Below, in pieces: positions 39,953 through 50,085 of a stretch of 64,000 nucleotides of DNA; position 1 is the first letter of the stretch, and each line of letters starts with the position of its first letter. The DNA lies in IMG/VR virus record IMGVR_UViG_3300009488_000019, positions 5,128 through 69,127 of that record; one strand, 5' to 3'. Position numbers and translations under genes: made by a program. Below the pieces are notes generated by a model that made no database searches, was not told the DNA's origin, and worked only from the letters and a program-made list of their open reading frames with translations. Source of the stretch: a virus.

Positions 39953-40405
39953 TCATCCATTGGTTTCTGCCCTAAAACTTACGCCAGCCAATGAGGTCAG
40001 TGTGGCTGATCCAGCTACAATGATCACCTGCCCATTCACATTTATTTCAACGTGGGCCGGGTCTGTTGCACTATCCGAAGACACCACAAACCGTAAGGTT
40101 GCACTTGGTCTGCATCCGGTTGGAAGCTCAAAGACAACACTCGTTGCCCCCGGCGTTCCGTCTTTGACTCCACCGGATAGATGAACCATCTCAGCGGAGT
40201 CCTTTCGATAAGCGGCACCCTGATAGGGATCACCATAATTCTGCCACGAGTTCAGCAACCCCGTATACGTCCATAGCGATCCGTTCATAGCGTAACGAGA
40301 TATAATCTTCTCAACCACCTTTTTTAATGAATCCAGAATTGACCACATTGAATACTTCGCATCCTGTGGTACCTCATAGATTGTTTCAAAGATCGGCTGT
40401 GCCAT
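39953..40405 (-). CDS. tail-associated protein
   Basis: YRK...VHLSG...VFELPTGCRP domain common in tail fibres. Confidence 0.65.
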   Translation of the reverse strand: MAQPIFETIYEVPQDAKYSMWSILDSLKKVVEKIISRYAMNGSLWTYTGLLNSWQNYGDPYQGAAYRKDSAEMVHLSGGVKDGTPGATSVVFELPTGCRPSATLRFVVSSDSATDPAHVEINVNGQVIIVAGSATLTSLAGVSFRAETNG

Positions 40406-42300
40406 TAGTTGAGTTCCTTCATTGATTGAGCAATTGAAAAACCACGTACAGGAATGTAGCCTTGCAATTGAACCTCTACGTTGCGACCATGTTTTGGAGG
40501 CAAACGAAATGGGTTATTGGTTGTGATGTTCTTTTGCATAACCATTGTACCATTTACATAGTACGTGAATTTAATGATGTTAGATATCTCAATCAGATTA
40601 AGGTCAATTAAATTACTACCATTAAACCGGGTGACGTTGAAGGACATGTCCTTGTCGCTATTGTCAGGTTGTAGCTGAACAACAGGTGTTGGCTCAGCCC
40701 CATCACCGTAATTAAAGGTATCTTCCAAATCACCCGCTGCAAAGATAGCCGCATTTAATGTGGCAAGGTAATCATTCTCTTCCATCTGATCAACCAAGTC
40801 TGCGTATGTTTCAGAATCAACTTCAACCTGCGCACATGTAAATCCCATATCCATTGGAAGTAGAAAACGTTTTGACTTCCATGTATAGTACATGAAATTG
40901 AATAGGTCGCCTTCCCACTCTTCAATAGCAACGGCAGACGTAATGGGATTGGTGAAGACTTTAAAGAATGCACCTGAATCCTTTGACCGATAAAAGGTAT
41001 GGTAAAATTCATTCACCGTTGTGAAGGTATCGTTCTCCATATCAAGCATGAAGGTTTCGTCTGTATTGACAGAAGCAAAGTACTTGCCATTGAAATACCC
41101 GCCATGTAATGTTGTCGGCGTGTACTCATTCCATTCAACTGGTGTTAAATATTTAAAGGTAACAACCGTTGGGCCGTCATAATTGATTTTAATCAGGCCT
41201 TCGTTAGAAGCATAAATCACACCACCAACAGTCGAAACGGTACTGCGTTTTGAAACACAAGGATAGAAACCCGGTACCCTTTGCTTTCGCAAAGTGGCAG
41301 GAGTCTCACCTGTTATAAGGTATGCCACACCTTCTGTCAAAACTACCAGTGTTGTTCCGAAGCTGCCAAGCGCTACAACATTATAATCAAAAGTCATGGC
41401 GTATTCATCAGGCCATGCGTGGGGCAAATACTGCTCAGAGTAATACACGCTATTCCCTACGAAGCCAGCGAAGATTCCATTGGTCAAACCGATTAGGCCT
41501 TTGATACCTGCTGGGATACCTTCATAAAGCTCTGTGGGTAGAACCTCTCCAAGATCAGCATCGTCCACATCGTCTGTAAACGTGTCTGTGCCAAAGGTAT
41601 GCGTGGTTGCGTTGAACTCTCCAACGTACTGAAATTCTGCTCCGGTCACGGATGAGTTCGTGCGATAGACACGGACGTACGGAATTTCACCATCGACCGT
41701 AGAGCGAAGTCCAAATCCTGCGGGTGGCTGCGTGAAGTCTTCAATGATAACATCACCCGTGTTATAAACAGCGGTTGAAAGGAGAGTTTTAATCGGGCCA
41801 GTTTCCTCACCGTATCTTGAAACGTACGTGTAGACATACGCTCGAAACTCTGATCCACCATCATGTCCTGAGACAAAGCCCCAAGTTCCAGTATCAACCG
41901 GAACAGCAGGGCCAAACTTATAATAGTCTGTGGTCTGATCGAACGGTGCGCTGTCAATATCATTCACATGCGCACGGGGTTCGGCCTCGCCCGTATAGTA
42001 AAGTCTCTCGAATTGATCAGAGGCGATTGGTGACTCTGCGTAATCCAGATCATTCACAGAGTATAACCAATTTGAATTGATGCCTTCTGTATATCTATGA
42101 AGAGATTTATACGCAGCCGCAGCAATAATCTGCTGCACGTCATTTCTATTCCATGCACGCAGGTCACTCTTCTCCACCCGGACATTCTGAGCTATCTGTG
42201 CCTGAGTATCCTTGAGTAAATGCGTAGCTAATTTTGGTTGCGTACCTTCAAAATTATTTATTGTTATCTTCAATTTGAAGTACCTCTGCTTCTGCGTCAT
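40405..42300 (-). CDS. tail tubular/nozzle (stabilisation) protein
   Basis: YVYTYVS.YGEE, RVYRT, SEQYLPHAWP, CVSKRS, YASNEGL, WKSK.F; true start probably slightly downstream. Confidence 0.75.
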   Translation of the reverse strand: MTQKQRYFKLKITINNFEGTQPKLATHLLKDTQAQIAQNVRVEKSDLRAWNRNDVQQIIAAAAYKSLHRYTEGINSNWLYSVNDLDYAESPIASDQFERLYYTGEAEPRAHVNDIDSAPFDQTTDYYKFGPAVPVDTGTWGFVSGHDGGSEFRAYVYTYVSRYGEETGPIKTLLSTAVYNTGDVIIEDFTQPPAGFGLRSTVDGEIPYVRVYRTNSSVTGAEFQYVGEFNATTHTFGTDTFTDDVDDADLGEVLPTELYEGIPAGIKGLIGLTNGIFAGFVGNSVYYSEQYLPHAWPDEYAMTFDYNVVALGSFGTTLVVLTEGVAYLITGETPATLRKQRVPGFYPCVSKRSTVSTVGGVIYASNEGLIKINYDGPTVVTFKYLTPVEWNEYTPTTLHGGYFNGKYFASVNTDETFMLDMENDTFTTVNEFYHTFYRSKDSGAFFKVFTNPITSAVAIEEWEGDLFNFMYYTWKSKRFLLPMDMGFTCAQVEVDSETYADLVDQMEENDYLATLNAAIFAAGDLEDTFNYGDGAEPTPVVQLQPDNSDKDMSFNVTRFNGSNLIDLNLIEISNIIKFTYYVNGTMVMQKNITTNNPFRLPPKHGRNVEVQLQGYIPVRGFSIAQSMKELN

Positions 42301-42586
42301 AAGTTAATTTAGGCATTGGGTTGCCGTCCGAAAGTTGCCCAATGTGTGCAACCATTAATTTGATATTGGTGTTCTGACGGTTGCGTTCTTTATTGGCGGC
42401 GGTCTGTTGACCCTCTAAGCGCTCTAATACAACCATGAGCATTAGCGTGGATCGTTTGGGTGCGCAGTCGTCAATCGTCTCTGGCTGGCCTCCACCACCC
42501 GGCCTCCAAGTTGTCTTAATAAAATTAGGACACTTTTCTTTATACTTTTTCCACCACGGACATTTGATGTAGCATGTTCCTGTCAT
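42254..42586 (-). CDS. small Cys-containing protein beside the tail fibre
   Basis: CPW..CP..W..DCA; GGAGG RBS. Confidence 0.55.
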   Translation of the reverse strand: MTGTCYIKCPWWKKYKEKCPNFIKTTWRPGGGGQPETIDDCAPKRSTLMLMVVLERLEGQQTAANKERNRQNTNIKLMVAHIGQLSDGNPMPKLTYDAEAEVLQIEDNNK

Positions 42587-42610
42587 TTGGTTTCCCTCCC
42601 AAAGTTAAGA

Positions 42611-43501
42611 TTAATCTTTTGTTGCAATAACACCATTGGCTGCCTCTGGCCGGTACGTGGCTGGAGTCTGACTTGCGCCACCATCAGCCGTACCACTCAA
42701 TCCAGTTGCACCATGATTATGCGCATCCCCGCTACCTGCGGCAAGGGCTGTATGTGTATGTGCGCCTTCCGTACTTACGTGGCCACTTTGATCAATGGGA
42801 TGAGAATCACCCTCGCCACCCTCAACTGCTGCGTTGGTAGACGAGCCGGGATTTCCTGTTCGCCGGGACAGATCATGATTATGGCCGCCGTTTGAGTTGG
42901 TTGTATGTGTATGGCTGGGCATTTCAGCTTCAGTTAATATGTGATCAGGGGTTGTATGCGTATGGTCATTCATAGCATGAACGTGAGTCCCTTGATCCCA
43001 ATCACCAACTACTTGCCCACCGGCTACGTTGTAGTCGTCTGATCCACCCTTTATAGCAAGGACAACATCAGCAACACCAGCATCATACGTCCACCCATCA
43101 GGCACGTCTCCATCATCACAATAGAAGTACATCTTGGTTCCGACCGGAGCATAGAGTTGAATCTGATGTGAAACAATTTCGGTGATCATGTCTTCAATAA
43201 TCTGAGCGCATGGCCGTAGACTGACAATATCATTTGCAGTGAAGGCTTGTGCTGCACCTGTTGAAGAGTCTTGATTACGGACGATCACATCGAACACGTC
43301 AGCGGTACGAGTTGTGACTTTTACAATTTCCCAATTACCATCTGCCTTTTGAAGAGTGACGTAGAAGTAATTGTCACCAGCGGTTGACGGAAACTCTGCA
43401 CCTTCACCAACCTTCATTGTTAGCGTAAGCGCAGCAGCGGATATGCCAGCGTCTAATTGCCCGGTGGCATTGTTTGTTATTTGAACGGCTAAGTCGGCCA
43501 T
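42611..43501 (-). CDS. tail fibre protein
   Basis: N-terminal NNA...EIVKVT..R attachment domain, collar-like PVG..PDGW, repeated HxH motifs. Confidence 0.8.
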   Translation of the reverse strand: MADLAVQITNNATGQLDAGISAAALTLTMKVGEGAEFPSTAGDNYFYVTLQKADGNWEIVKVTTRTADVFDVIVRNQDSSTGAAQAFTANDIVSLRPCAQIIEDMITEIVSHQIQLYAPVGTKMYFYCDDGDVPDGWTYDAGVADVVLAIKGGSDDYNVAGGQVVGDWDQGTHVHAMNDHTHTTPDHILTEAEMPSHTHTTNSNGGHNHDLSRRTGNPGSSTNAAVEGGEGDSHPIDQSGHVSTEGAHTHTALAAGSGDAHNHGATGLSGTADGGASQTPATYRPEAANGVIATKD

Positions 43502-43504
43502 GAT

Positions 43505-44206
43505 TTATACGCCTCCCGAAAATTCTTTCCATTTGATTGTTTCTTGGTGAGTTGAGGTACCACCAGACATTGCATGTTTGGTTGCATTCGATACATACTT
43601 TCGATACTCTCTACGATAGTCACCAGCCGAAGGCCCATCTGTCCAGACTTGACCCGGCATCTTAAGGATACGAAACTTTGCACCAGCTACGAAAGCCTCT
43701 GACCAATCCTCAAATAGATCGGTGTCGATCGTTGTAGCGTCTCTCAGGGGCTTTAAAGACAGTTTAAAATAGATTGTACTCATGTCGTCAGCCATATCAA
43801 AGACTCGTATGGTATGATTGTTTGGAATCCAAAAGAACTTAAACCGATTATCATTTGCAATAACACTACCTGCACCAGTATTGGTTTGCTCCCAATTCGT
43901 CAGGGTGTTACGTATGTTACGCTTGTAAGGTACATAGCGCTCTCCGTCAATCATGATCTCAAGAAGAGTTACCGGGCGAAGGTTCAGACAAAATTCAGAT
44001 ATGTCGAAGTCGATACAATCTTGGATATCATCATCAATATCGTCTTCGTCAATATCCAACTCAAACTCTCGCTGTAGGATATTTGTCTTCTTACAGAAGT
44101 CCAGAATGACTGTGACTACTTCACGCTGAACGATCGGATCAGGGCATGACAAAACGTCTGGCTTGATCAGTTGTTTCAATTCTGTGATTGCTGTGGTATG
44201 TGCCAT
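43505..44206 (-). CDS. tail tubular/adaptor protein
   Basis: P.V..CP...FC; LKP; L.MPGQ.W motifs; position after the capsid genes. Confidence 0.65.
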   Translation of the reverse strand: MAHTTAITELKQLIKPDVLSCPDPIVQREVVTVILDFCKKTNILQREFELDIDEDDIDDDIQDCIDFDISEFCLNLRPVTLLEIMIDGERYVPYKRNIRNTLTNWEQTNTGAGSVIANDNRFKFFWIPNNHTIRVFDMADDMSTIYFKLSLKPLRDATTIDTDLFEDWSEAFVAGAKFRILKMPGQVWTDGPSAGDYRREYRKYVSNATKHAMSGGTSTHQETIKWKEFSGGV

Positions 44207-44880
44207 TAGTCAGTCTCCCTATTTTTCTTTGGACTATAAATCTCCTCTGCGCCTTCCTTACGGCCAAGGCTCTCTAAGAAGATATCCATGTGTCCCTTTG
44301 TGCGTAGAAAGCTGTTTTCAATATCAGTATCTTTTGAAAAACATAAAGCCAAGCAATAATGCAATAGGCTATTGGCATACTCGTCTTCCATCATAATGTC
44401 GTCACCAATAACTTTTGAACCATTGTCAGGCAGCTTCCCGGTCATGACCTCAAGGTAATTTGTACCTGTTGATTTCGGATACACCCAAAAGAGTTTCGGT
44501 GCCCGTTTGGAATCATATATAACATGCGTAACTACTGCATTGGCCGTGTCAGCCATCCAGCCCGGATTGATAGCGTTCATCAACTTCTTATCAACTACCT
44601 CTACCACATCTCCACGAGTTAATCCATCTGTGCCCATATTACTCAGCACGTCAAGAAGCATCACTGCTCGTGTAGGTAGGGATTGTTGCGAACCTGCTGC
44701 TAAAGCCACGGCTTCAACCACAGGATAAGAATCGGTTTTAAGTTTAGCGATTTCCGTCTCACCATCTTTGACCCAACCTAACATCTCAGCTTCTGTCCAG
44801 CGCCGGGTTGTTTGATCCGAATCCTCATCCTGTAGTATGATTTCAGCTTTATCAATTATGCTTTGATAAGTCTCAGCCAT
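44206..44880 (-). CDS. head-tail adaptor (DUF6682-like)
   Basis: LQD....RWT..E, PGW, FWVYP, Y....FSKD. Confidence 0.7.
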   Translation of the reverse strand: MAETYQSIIDKAEIILQDEDSDQTTRRWTEAEMLGWVKDGETEIAKLKTDSYPVVEAVALAAGSQQSLPTRAVMLLDVLSNMGTDGLTRGDVVEVVDKKLMNAINPGWMADTANAVVTHVIYDSKRAPKLFWVYPKSTGTNYLEVMTGKLPDNGSKVIGDDIMMEDEYANSLLHYCLALCFSKDTDIENSFLRTKGHMDIFLESLGRKEGAEEIYSPKKNRETD

Positions 44881-44891
44881 TTCTCCTCCGA

Positions 44892-45317
44892 TTAGTCAAC
44901 GTAACTGTAAGGGTAACGTTGGACTTTTCGTGACTTCCATTCGATGCTACCGTCCATCATGGTAGCGGGATAGAGACGATCCTCAACCGCATCCTTAATA
45001 CATGAATCGAGAATGTACTTCGGAACTTCGACTTCGATCTCTTTGGGAATGTAAAAGCCACGTCCGTTATGGCCTACGAAGACATACGGTATGTCTTGCT
45101 CTCCGATGGAATGAAAGATAACCTTTCTAAGATCAATGCCCTTGTCTTTCAACTCCTGCACATGCTCTTGGGTTTCCTCCACTTCACCTTTAACTGCGGC
45201 CAGTTTGATTGCGTCAATTGCTGCTTTACGATTGTACTTCTCAAGTTTGATACTGAGACGATCCAGTTCACCTTGAATTTCGGAATCTTTCCAACTCCAT
45301 AAATTTGTTTTACTCAT
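44892..45317 (-). CDS. conserved hypothetical protein downstream of the capsid gene
   Basis: VFVGHNG...IP...EVEVP...RYPY; ATG 45317 after AAGGAG. Confidence 0.6.
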   Translation of the reverse strand: MSKTNLWSWKDSEIQGELDRLSIKLEKYNRKAAIDAIKLAAVKGEVEETQEHVQELKDKGIDLRKVIFHSIGEQDIPYVFVGHNGRGFYIPKEIEVEVPKYILDSCIKDAVEDRLYPATMMDGSIEWKSRKVQRYPYSYVD

Positions 45318-45385
45318 AATTATATCTCCTTGATCTCTGCTGGGTAACAGGTTAGCCCTCACATTATCCCTCTCTTATTTTTAAA

Positions 45386-45424
45386 GTGGAGAGGGCCGGG
45401 GGAGGGAGTCCCGACCCAAACCAC
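45386..45424 (-). terminator. possible terminator after the major capsid gene
   Basis: GC-rich imperfect hairpin followed by only a short T run on the - strand. Confidence 0.35.
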
Positions 45425-45464
45425 TATACTAATTACTACCAAGACAATTAGCCTAAACCGATCT

Positions 45465-46517
45465 TTAGGTCAGGGCATCATCGTCTGAGATTGCAACTTC
45501 GATCCGGGTCATCCATGAGTCGTTCAGGATGATGGTCGTTTGCATCGACTTCCAAGATGCGTGATTACGCTGTGCCAGCGGATCGGAATCCGAAGGTTTT
45601 GCGTTCACGATCATCGGCGTAATGGCGGCTTTGCCTTTCAGCGGAACCAGACCATAAGCGTCTTTTGCAAAGATTAGGATCGGATACACGTCTGCGATTC
45701 CACCCGTCTCAAGGACGTTAGAACCGGAGCTTGCACCACCACCTCGCCACGGCTCTACGAGTGTAGAGGCGACAAAGCGGATTTTACCAATCGCACCAAT
45801 CTCGTTGTCCCACGGTGAAACGCTACCGTAGTCAGCCGGTGACACGAAGGTCGTCAGCTTCTCAAGATTGTAACGCATGTCGGTATGACACACGCCTACG
45901 AAGGCCGGTAGGATCGCCTCTGTCCCGTAAGACGGAGTCGAACGAACCATACTCATGATCGGCTTAGCAAGCTGCCGCTCAAGAGAACGCTCTGCCCGGC
46001 GAAGGTCGGCCAGTGCCAGAACGGTGTTAACATCGGTACGTGCTGTACCATTCGCATAGATCACGTTGGTTCCCGCTTTTAGAACGTTGAAACGTGCGGA
46101 TTCCAGAATGATCGGTGCTTGCTCACCAAGGACTTCGATGGCCTCTTGAAGAACGGGGTCTTCGTGAGTGTCCATGACCACGTCAGAAATTTCCACCCGG
46201 TCGCCGTACTGCACGAGCGTAGCGGTAACATCCTGTTTACTCAGAGCGGTTGCGGAAGGCGTTACACCCTCTGTCAGTTGCTTCTGGGTCGGATCGAAGT
46301 TGTCGGTGGAGAAATACGCTGCCGGTGTAAAGGTCGAAAGAGCGGCGTCTTTCAGGAAGTACCGTCTGAACGATACTGTTTTTGTCGAGTTTTTAGGAAG
46401 CGGTTTCGACTGACCGAACTTCTCAAAAACAAGTACCGGCATTCCACGTTTCAGAAGTTCTCTGACAACGTATGCTGCGGTACGGGGGCTAATATCTCCA
46501 TAAATGACTTGACTCAT
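45465..46517 (-). CDS. major capsid protein, N4-gp56 family
   Basis: YGDISPRTA, FGQ..PLP, FRRY, LTEGVTP, QYG, EIG, DVYP, SDPLAQR. Confidence 0.92.
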   Translation of the reverse strand: MSQVIYGDISPRTAAYVVRELLKRGMPVLVFEKFGQSKPLPKNSTKTVSFRRYFLKDAALSTFTPAAYFSTDNFDPTQKQLTEGVTPSATALSKQDVTATLVQYGDRVEISDVVMDTHEDPVLQEAIEVLGEQAPIILESARFNVLKAGTNVIYANGTARTDVNTVLALADLRRAERSLERQLAKPIMSMVRSTPSYGTEAILPAFVGVCHTDMRYNLEKLTTFVSPADYGSVSPWDNEIGAIGKIRFVASTLVEPWRGGGASSGSNVLETGGIADVYPILIFAKDAYGLVPLKGKAAITPMIVNAKPSDSDPLAQRNHASWKSMQTTIILNDSWMTRIEVAISDDDALT

Positions 46518-46538
46518 AATGGTGTCTCCTTAAATAGT

Positions 46539-47636
46539 TTACTTCTGCTTTTCGTCTTTTTTCTCTAACTCGTCCCAAGCTCCATCGAAGTCGTCCTTAG
46601 TGATTTTAACAGCACCCTTCTTAGCGCCAGCGGTGCTGGCAGGTACTGCTTCGATCGCTGCGGCCTTAGCCTTCTTCTCCTCAGAACTTGCAGAATTGGT
46701 TGTGGTTTCTTTGCCTTTGCCAGCGGCACGTTTATAACTGTCAAACATACCGATAACCTCTGATGCGGAACCCTTTTTTAGAATCTCATGCAATCTGGGC
46801 TGCAAGTATTCAGGCTGTCGTTTGATCCAAGTTTCCAGCGCCCCTGAGTCATAAATCTTCTGCCAATCAGAGTGGGCTGTATTGATAGCGGCCATGTGAA
46901 TCCTATCAGCCTCTACCTGTGCAGTTTCCTGCGCTGCTCCTTGGTTCTCTTCCAGCGTTTCAATCTTGTCGCCAATCTTGTCATTGAAAATCTTGGTAGC
47001 TAACTTCTCCGCTACCTTTTTCATTGGGCCTTCCAAATCAGGATATTCTTTGAAGAAAACACTCAACTCAGCATCATCAATATCAGGGGAGACTTCCGAT
47101 GTACTATCTTTTCCCTTAGCCTCTGCGTCTTTGAGCTTTTGTTCAGCCTCTGCTGCACGCTTCTCCGCAGCTTTAATCCTGCCGTCCCACGAGCGCATCT
47201 TCTGCTCTTGCGCTGACTGTGCATCTTTCAGCGCTGTAATCTCTGCGTCACGGGGATCAGGGGTGATTTTCTTACCATCACTATCAAGCGTCTTATCGGG
47301 GTCAGCTTGGGCGGTGTTAAGAATGTCACCGTCTGTGTCACCAGAATCAGTGGACTGAGACTCTTTTGCCAGTGCGTCTGCTTCCGCTTTCGCTTTAGCT
47401 TTGGCATCCGTTTCTTCATTCTTTGCTAACTGAGCTTCCTGATCAGCATCTGTTTCATCAAGTGGTTTGGTAACTTTCTTACCTTCCAGTTCGTCCCAAC
47501 CGGCATCAAATTCATCCTGATTAGGATCATCGGGTTCAAGAGCTTTCAGTGTTTTTAACTCTTCGGCTTCATCAGCCTTTAAAGTTTCGATTGCCTCTAA
47601 CTCTTCTATTCGTGCTTTTTGATCTAATGTAATCAT
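46539..47636 (-). CDS. scaffolding protein
   Basis: acidic coiled coil between portal and capsid; repeated FD(A/G)xWDELE; AHSDW. Confidence 0.7.
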   Translation of the reverse strand: MITLDQKARIEELEAIETLKADEAEELKTLKALEPDDPNQDEFDAGWDELEGKKVTKPLDETDADQEAQLAKNEETDAKAKAKAEADALAKESQSTDSGDTDGDILNTAQADPDKTLDSDGKKITPDPRDAEITALKDAQSAQEQKMRSWDGRIKAAEKRAAEAEQKLKDAEAKGKDSTSEVSPDIDDAELSVFFKEYPDLEGPMKKVAEKLATKIFNDKIGDKIETLEENQGAAQETAQVEADRIHMAAINTAHSDWQKIYDSGALETWIKRQPEYLQPRLHEILKKGSASEVIGMFDSYKRAAGKGKETTTNSASSEEKKAKAAAIEAVPASTAGAKKGAVKITKDDFDGAWDELEKKDEKQK

Positions 47637-47707
47637 AGTGTCTCCTAACGTATCCCCGTAGCCTTTGCAGGGCAGGGGCATTACTTGACAGGTTCCCTCC
47701 TGTCTGA

Positions 47708-47944
47708 TTATTCTCCGAAGGCACCGTCATATTCAGTGACTTGGACTTTGGGGCCAATCCCCTTGTGCATCAGTTTGAGTTCCCTGATTGCGCCTTGATT
47801 TTTTAAGAACTCGTCTTGCTCCGCTGTATCGTTCTTTTCCCGAAGGTCGGCTATCCAAACACCGACCAGTTTACGAAATGCACGGGCTGCGTCTGTCTGG
47901 GCAAACTCCTTGCATTCAGCCATTACCGTTTTCCGTTGTTGCAT
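47708..47944 (-). CDS. small conserved protein after the portal
   Basis: QG.I..L motif; AAGGAGG RBS. Confidence 0.6.
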   Translation of the reverse strand: MQQRKTVMAECKEFAQTDAARAFRKLVGVWIADLREKNDTAEQDEFLKNQGAIRELKLMHKGIGPKVQVTEYDGAFGE

Positions 47945-47953
47945 AGTCCCTCC

Positions 47954-50074
47954 TTACTGTGCAGATGCGGTTGGGTTACCATTGTTGGGCTTAATCTCTG
48001 TGCCCCCGCCGGTACTCAAATCCTTCTGGTTGCCGGGGCCAGCGTTATTGGTATCTCCCGCTGCGCCCGGATCATTACTTACGTGACCACCTGACTGAGC
48101 TTTAAGCATTGCCAAATCCTTCTCGAACTGTGCATCGGCTGCGGCTGCTTCGGCTCGACTCTTCTCTTCAATCTTGACAGAGTTCGGGTCTTTGATCAAG
48201 TCCATGTCGTCCAGATCAAGAACCTTGGTATACTCTCGAAGGACGTTGTCCCGTTTGGTATACATAAGGTCGGTCGGGTTGTTGGTTACATTCATAAAAG
48301 TGATAAGTGACTCCGCTTTTACTTCTCTTGCGATTAGCGAAGTACTACCCTTTGCCATGACCTGATAATCACCCTTGATATTTTCCTTCGGATTAAACTC
48401 CATGTTCCAGAAGTAAAGCCCTTTAATAAAAGGTAGGGTAATACCATCATCAAAGTTTTTAATCTGATCCTTCACGGTTACATTGGCTGCACCCATAAGC
48501 ATTGAAAGCCCGGAAGCCGTCTTACCTGCGCCGCCTACGTTCTGGCTGTCGCCGTACATGTACCGTGGAATAGCCGTTACTTCATCCGTTGCGCTCATGA
48601 AGAAATTAATCATCGCCATGAACTCATTGGTGTATGAAGGTAGACTATAGACCCGTATGGCCTGAGCGGTTGCATCAGTTCCAGTACCGTCCCGCAGGAA
48701 GACTCTAAACGGATATAAATCTTTTGGGTCTTCGTTTACATCAAGCAGATCGGTATTGGCCTCAATGATAGGCCCGGCTGAGATAGCAGCATTGTCAAGC
48801 ATTGCTCTGACAGACGCATTAAATAACTTTTGCGCTTGTCGCATAATGCTGGGGATACCTTCTCCCCAAAGGCTGGTATCGTCTTTATCATAGTAATAGA
48901 AATGGTACGGCAGTGTCACGCCTTCGATATGAGAGACATTTGCCTTAATTATAATGTCACCCAAAATCCAAACGTTTGCTGCGACTTCCAGTTGAAACTC
49001 GTCTGGAATATCTACACCGGCATCACGGAGTTTGTCAGCGCTCAAGAATCCCCAATACTCTTTTAGCTCGTATTTTCCTTTACGGCCAATCACGCCGGGG
49101 CCACTCGACTCATGCTTGTCACTCCACGTCTGGGATATAGATGTGTTATTAAGACCCCTCAGATCGTTCTCAAAGGTCTTTAACTCTGCATCACCATCAG
49201 GATACTGTCGGAGGTATGCGTTGATTGCTGCGCCATTGAAGTCGTCTCTCTGGCCTAACTCTTCCACCTTATGCCGGTTCATGACATAACGTTGAAACGC
49301 TCCTCTCATTTCATCCGGTTGGCGTGCAGACATGTCAGGATACACGTCCCATACTGATACGTTTTCACAGTATGGAGTCAGCTTCTTCATTTCAATGGTT
49401 ACCCATTCGCCGGTTTCCTGATTAGGTAACCAACGTTTCGATGTGACCGTCTTGGCCAGTGGGCCTTTCAGGATACCTGTTCCGTACAGGTTTCCATCGA
49501 AAATCGTTTGACGGATAATCCAGCGGTATTTCAACTCACTAAGCTGGTCGTGCATTTCTTGTTCCATGTTACGGCTACGCAACTCTGCCTCTTCATTGAT
49601 GAACTTTCGGATCAACTCTTCCGTAGGCTCCTCACCGGTCTGCTCTTGGTATTGCAGCATGATGGATTCAATGACCTCTGGCAGTAGCTCAGGGATCGGT
49701 GACGGACTGATAGACCAGTTCTTATCGCCGTTAGCGGGAAAGAGCAAGTCAGTTTCCCTTGCTGCGACTGTCTTCGTCTTAGTTCGAGTTAGACTTAAGA
49801 AAGCCTTAGATCGTTTCGGATGAAGTTTGGCCAACACTTCCGGGTCATACTCTCCCCGGTATTGGCGAAGGTCTTTAATCCACCGCTCTTCTGTGAGCCT
49901 CTTGTCACGCTCAAACTCACCAAACATAGACAGCAGGTTAGAACCTAATGGAGTTCTGTATTTCTCCATTTCGATAATACCATCCATGCCGGTACCGTCT
50001 TTTTCAGCGGTTTCGATTTCATCAAAGGCACCATCAAAATCGTCTTTATATGCTTCTGGATTATCTTTAGGCAT
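47954..50074 (-). CDS. portal protein
   Basis: 706 aa after terL; W..DLRQY.G.Y, YGTGILKGP, WGEG, RAMLDNAAIS.GP, TASGLSMLM. Confidence 0.88.
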   Translation of the reverse strand: MPKDNPEAYKDDFDGAFDEIETAEKDGTGMDGIIEMEKYRTPLGSNLLSMFGEFERDKRLTEERWIKDLRQYRGEYDPEVLAKLHPKRSKAFLSLTRTKTKTVAARETDLLFPANGDKNWSISPSPIPELLPEVIESIMLQYQEQTGEEPTEELIRKFINEEAELRSRNMEQEMHDQLSELKYRWIIRQTIFDGNLYGTGILKGPLAKTVTSKRWLPNQETGEWVTIEMKKLTPYCENVSVWDVYPDMSARQPDEMRGAFQRYVMNRHKVEELGQRDDFNGAAINAYLRQYPDGDAELKTFENDLRGLNNTSISQTWSDKHESSGPGVIGRKGKYELKEYWGFLSADKLRDAGVDIPDEFQLEVAANVWILGDIIIKANVSHIEGVTLPYHFYYYDKDDTSLWGEGIPSIMRQAQKLFNASVRAMLDNAAISAGPIIEANTDLLDVNEDPKDLYPFRVFLRDGTGTDATAQAIRVYSLPSYTNEFMAMINFFMSATDEVTAIPRYMYGDSQNVGGAGKTASGLSMLMGAANVTVKDQIKNFDDGITLPFIKGLYFWNMEFNPKENIKGDYQVMAKGSTSLIAREVKAESLITFMNVTNNPTDLMYTKRDNVLREYTKVLDLDDMDLIKDPNSVKIEEKSRAEAAAADAQFEKDLAMLKAQSGGHVSNDPGAAGDTNNAGPGNQKDLSTGGGTEIKPNNGNPTASAQ

Positions 50075-50085
50075 AACGTCCTCTT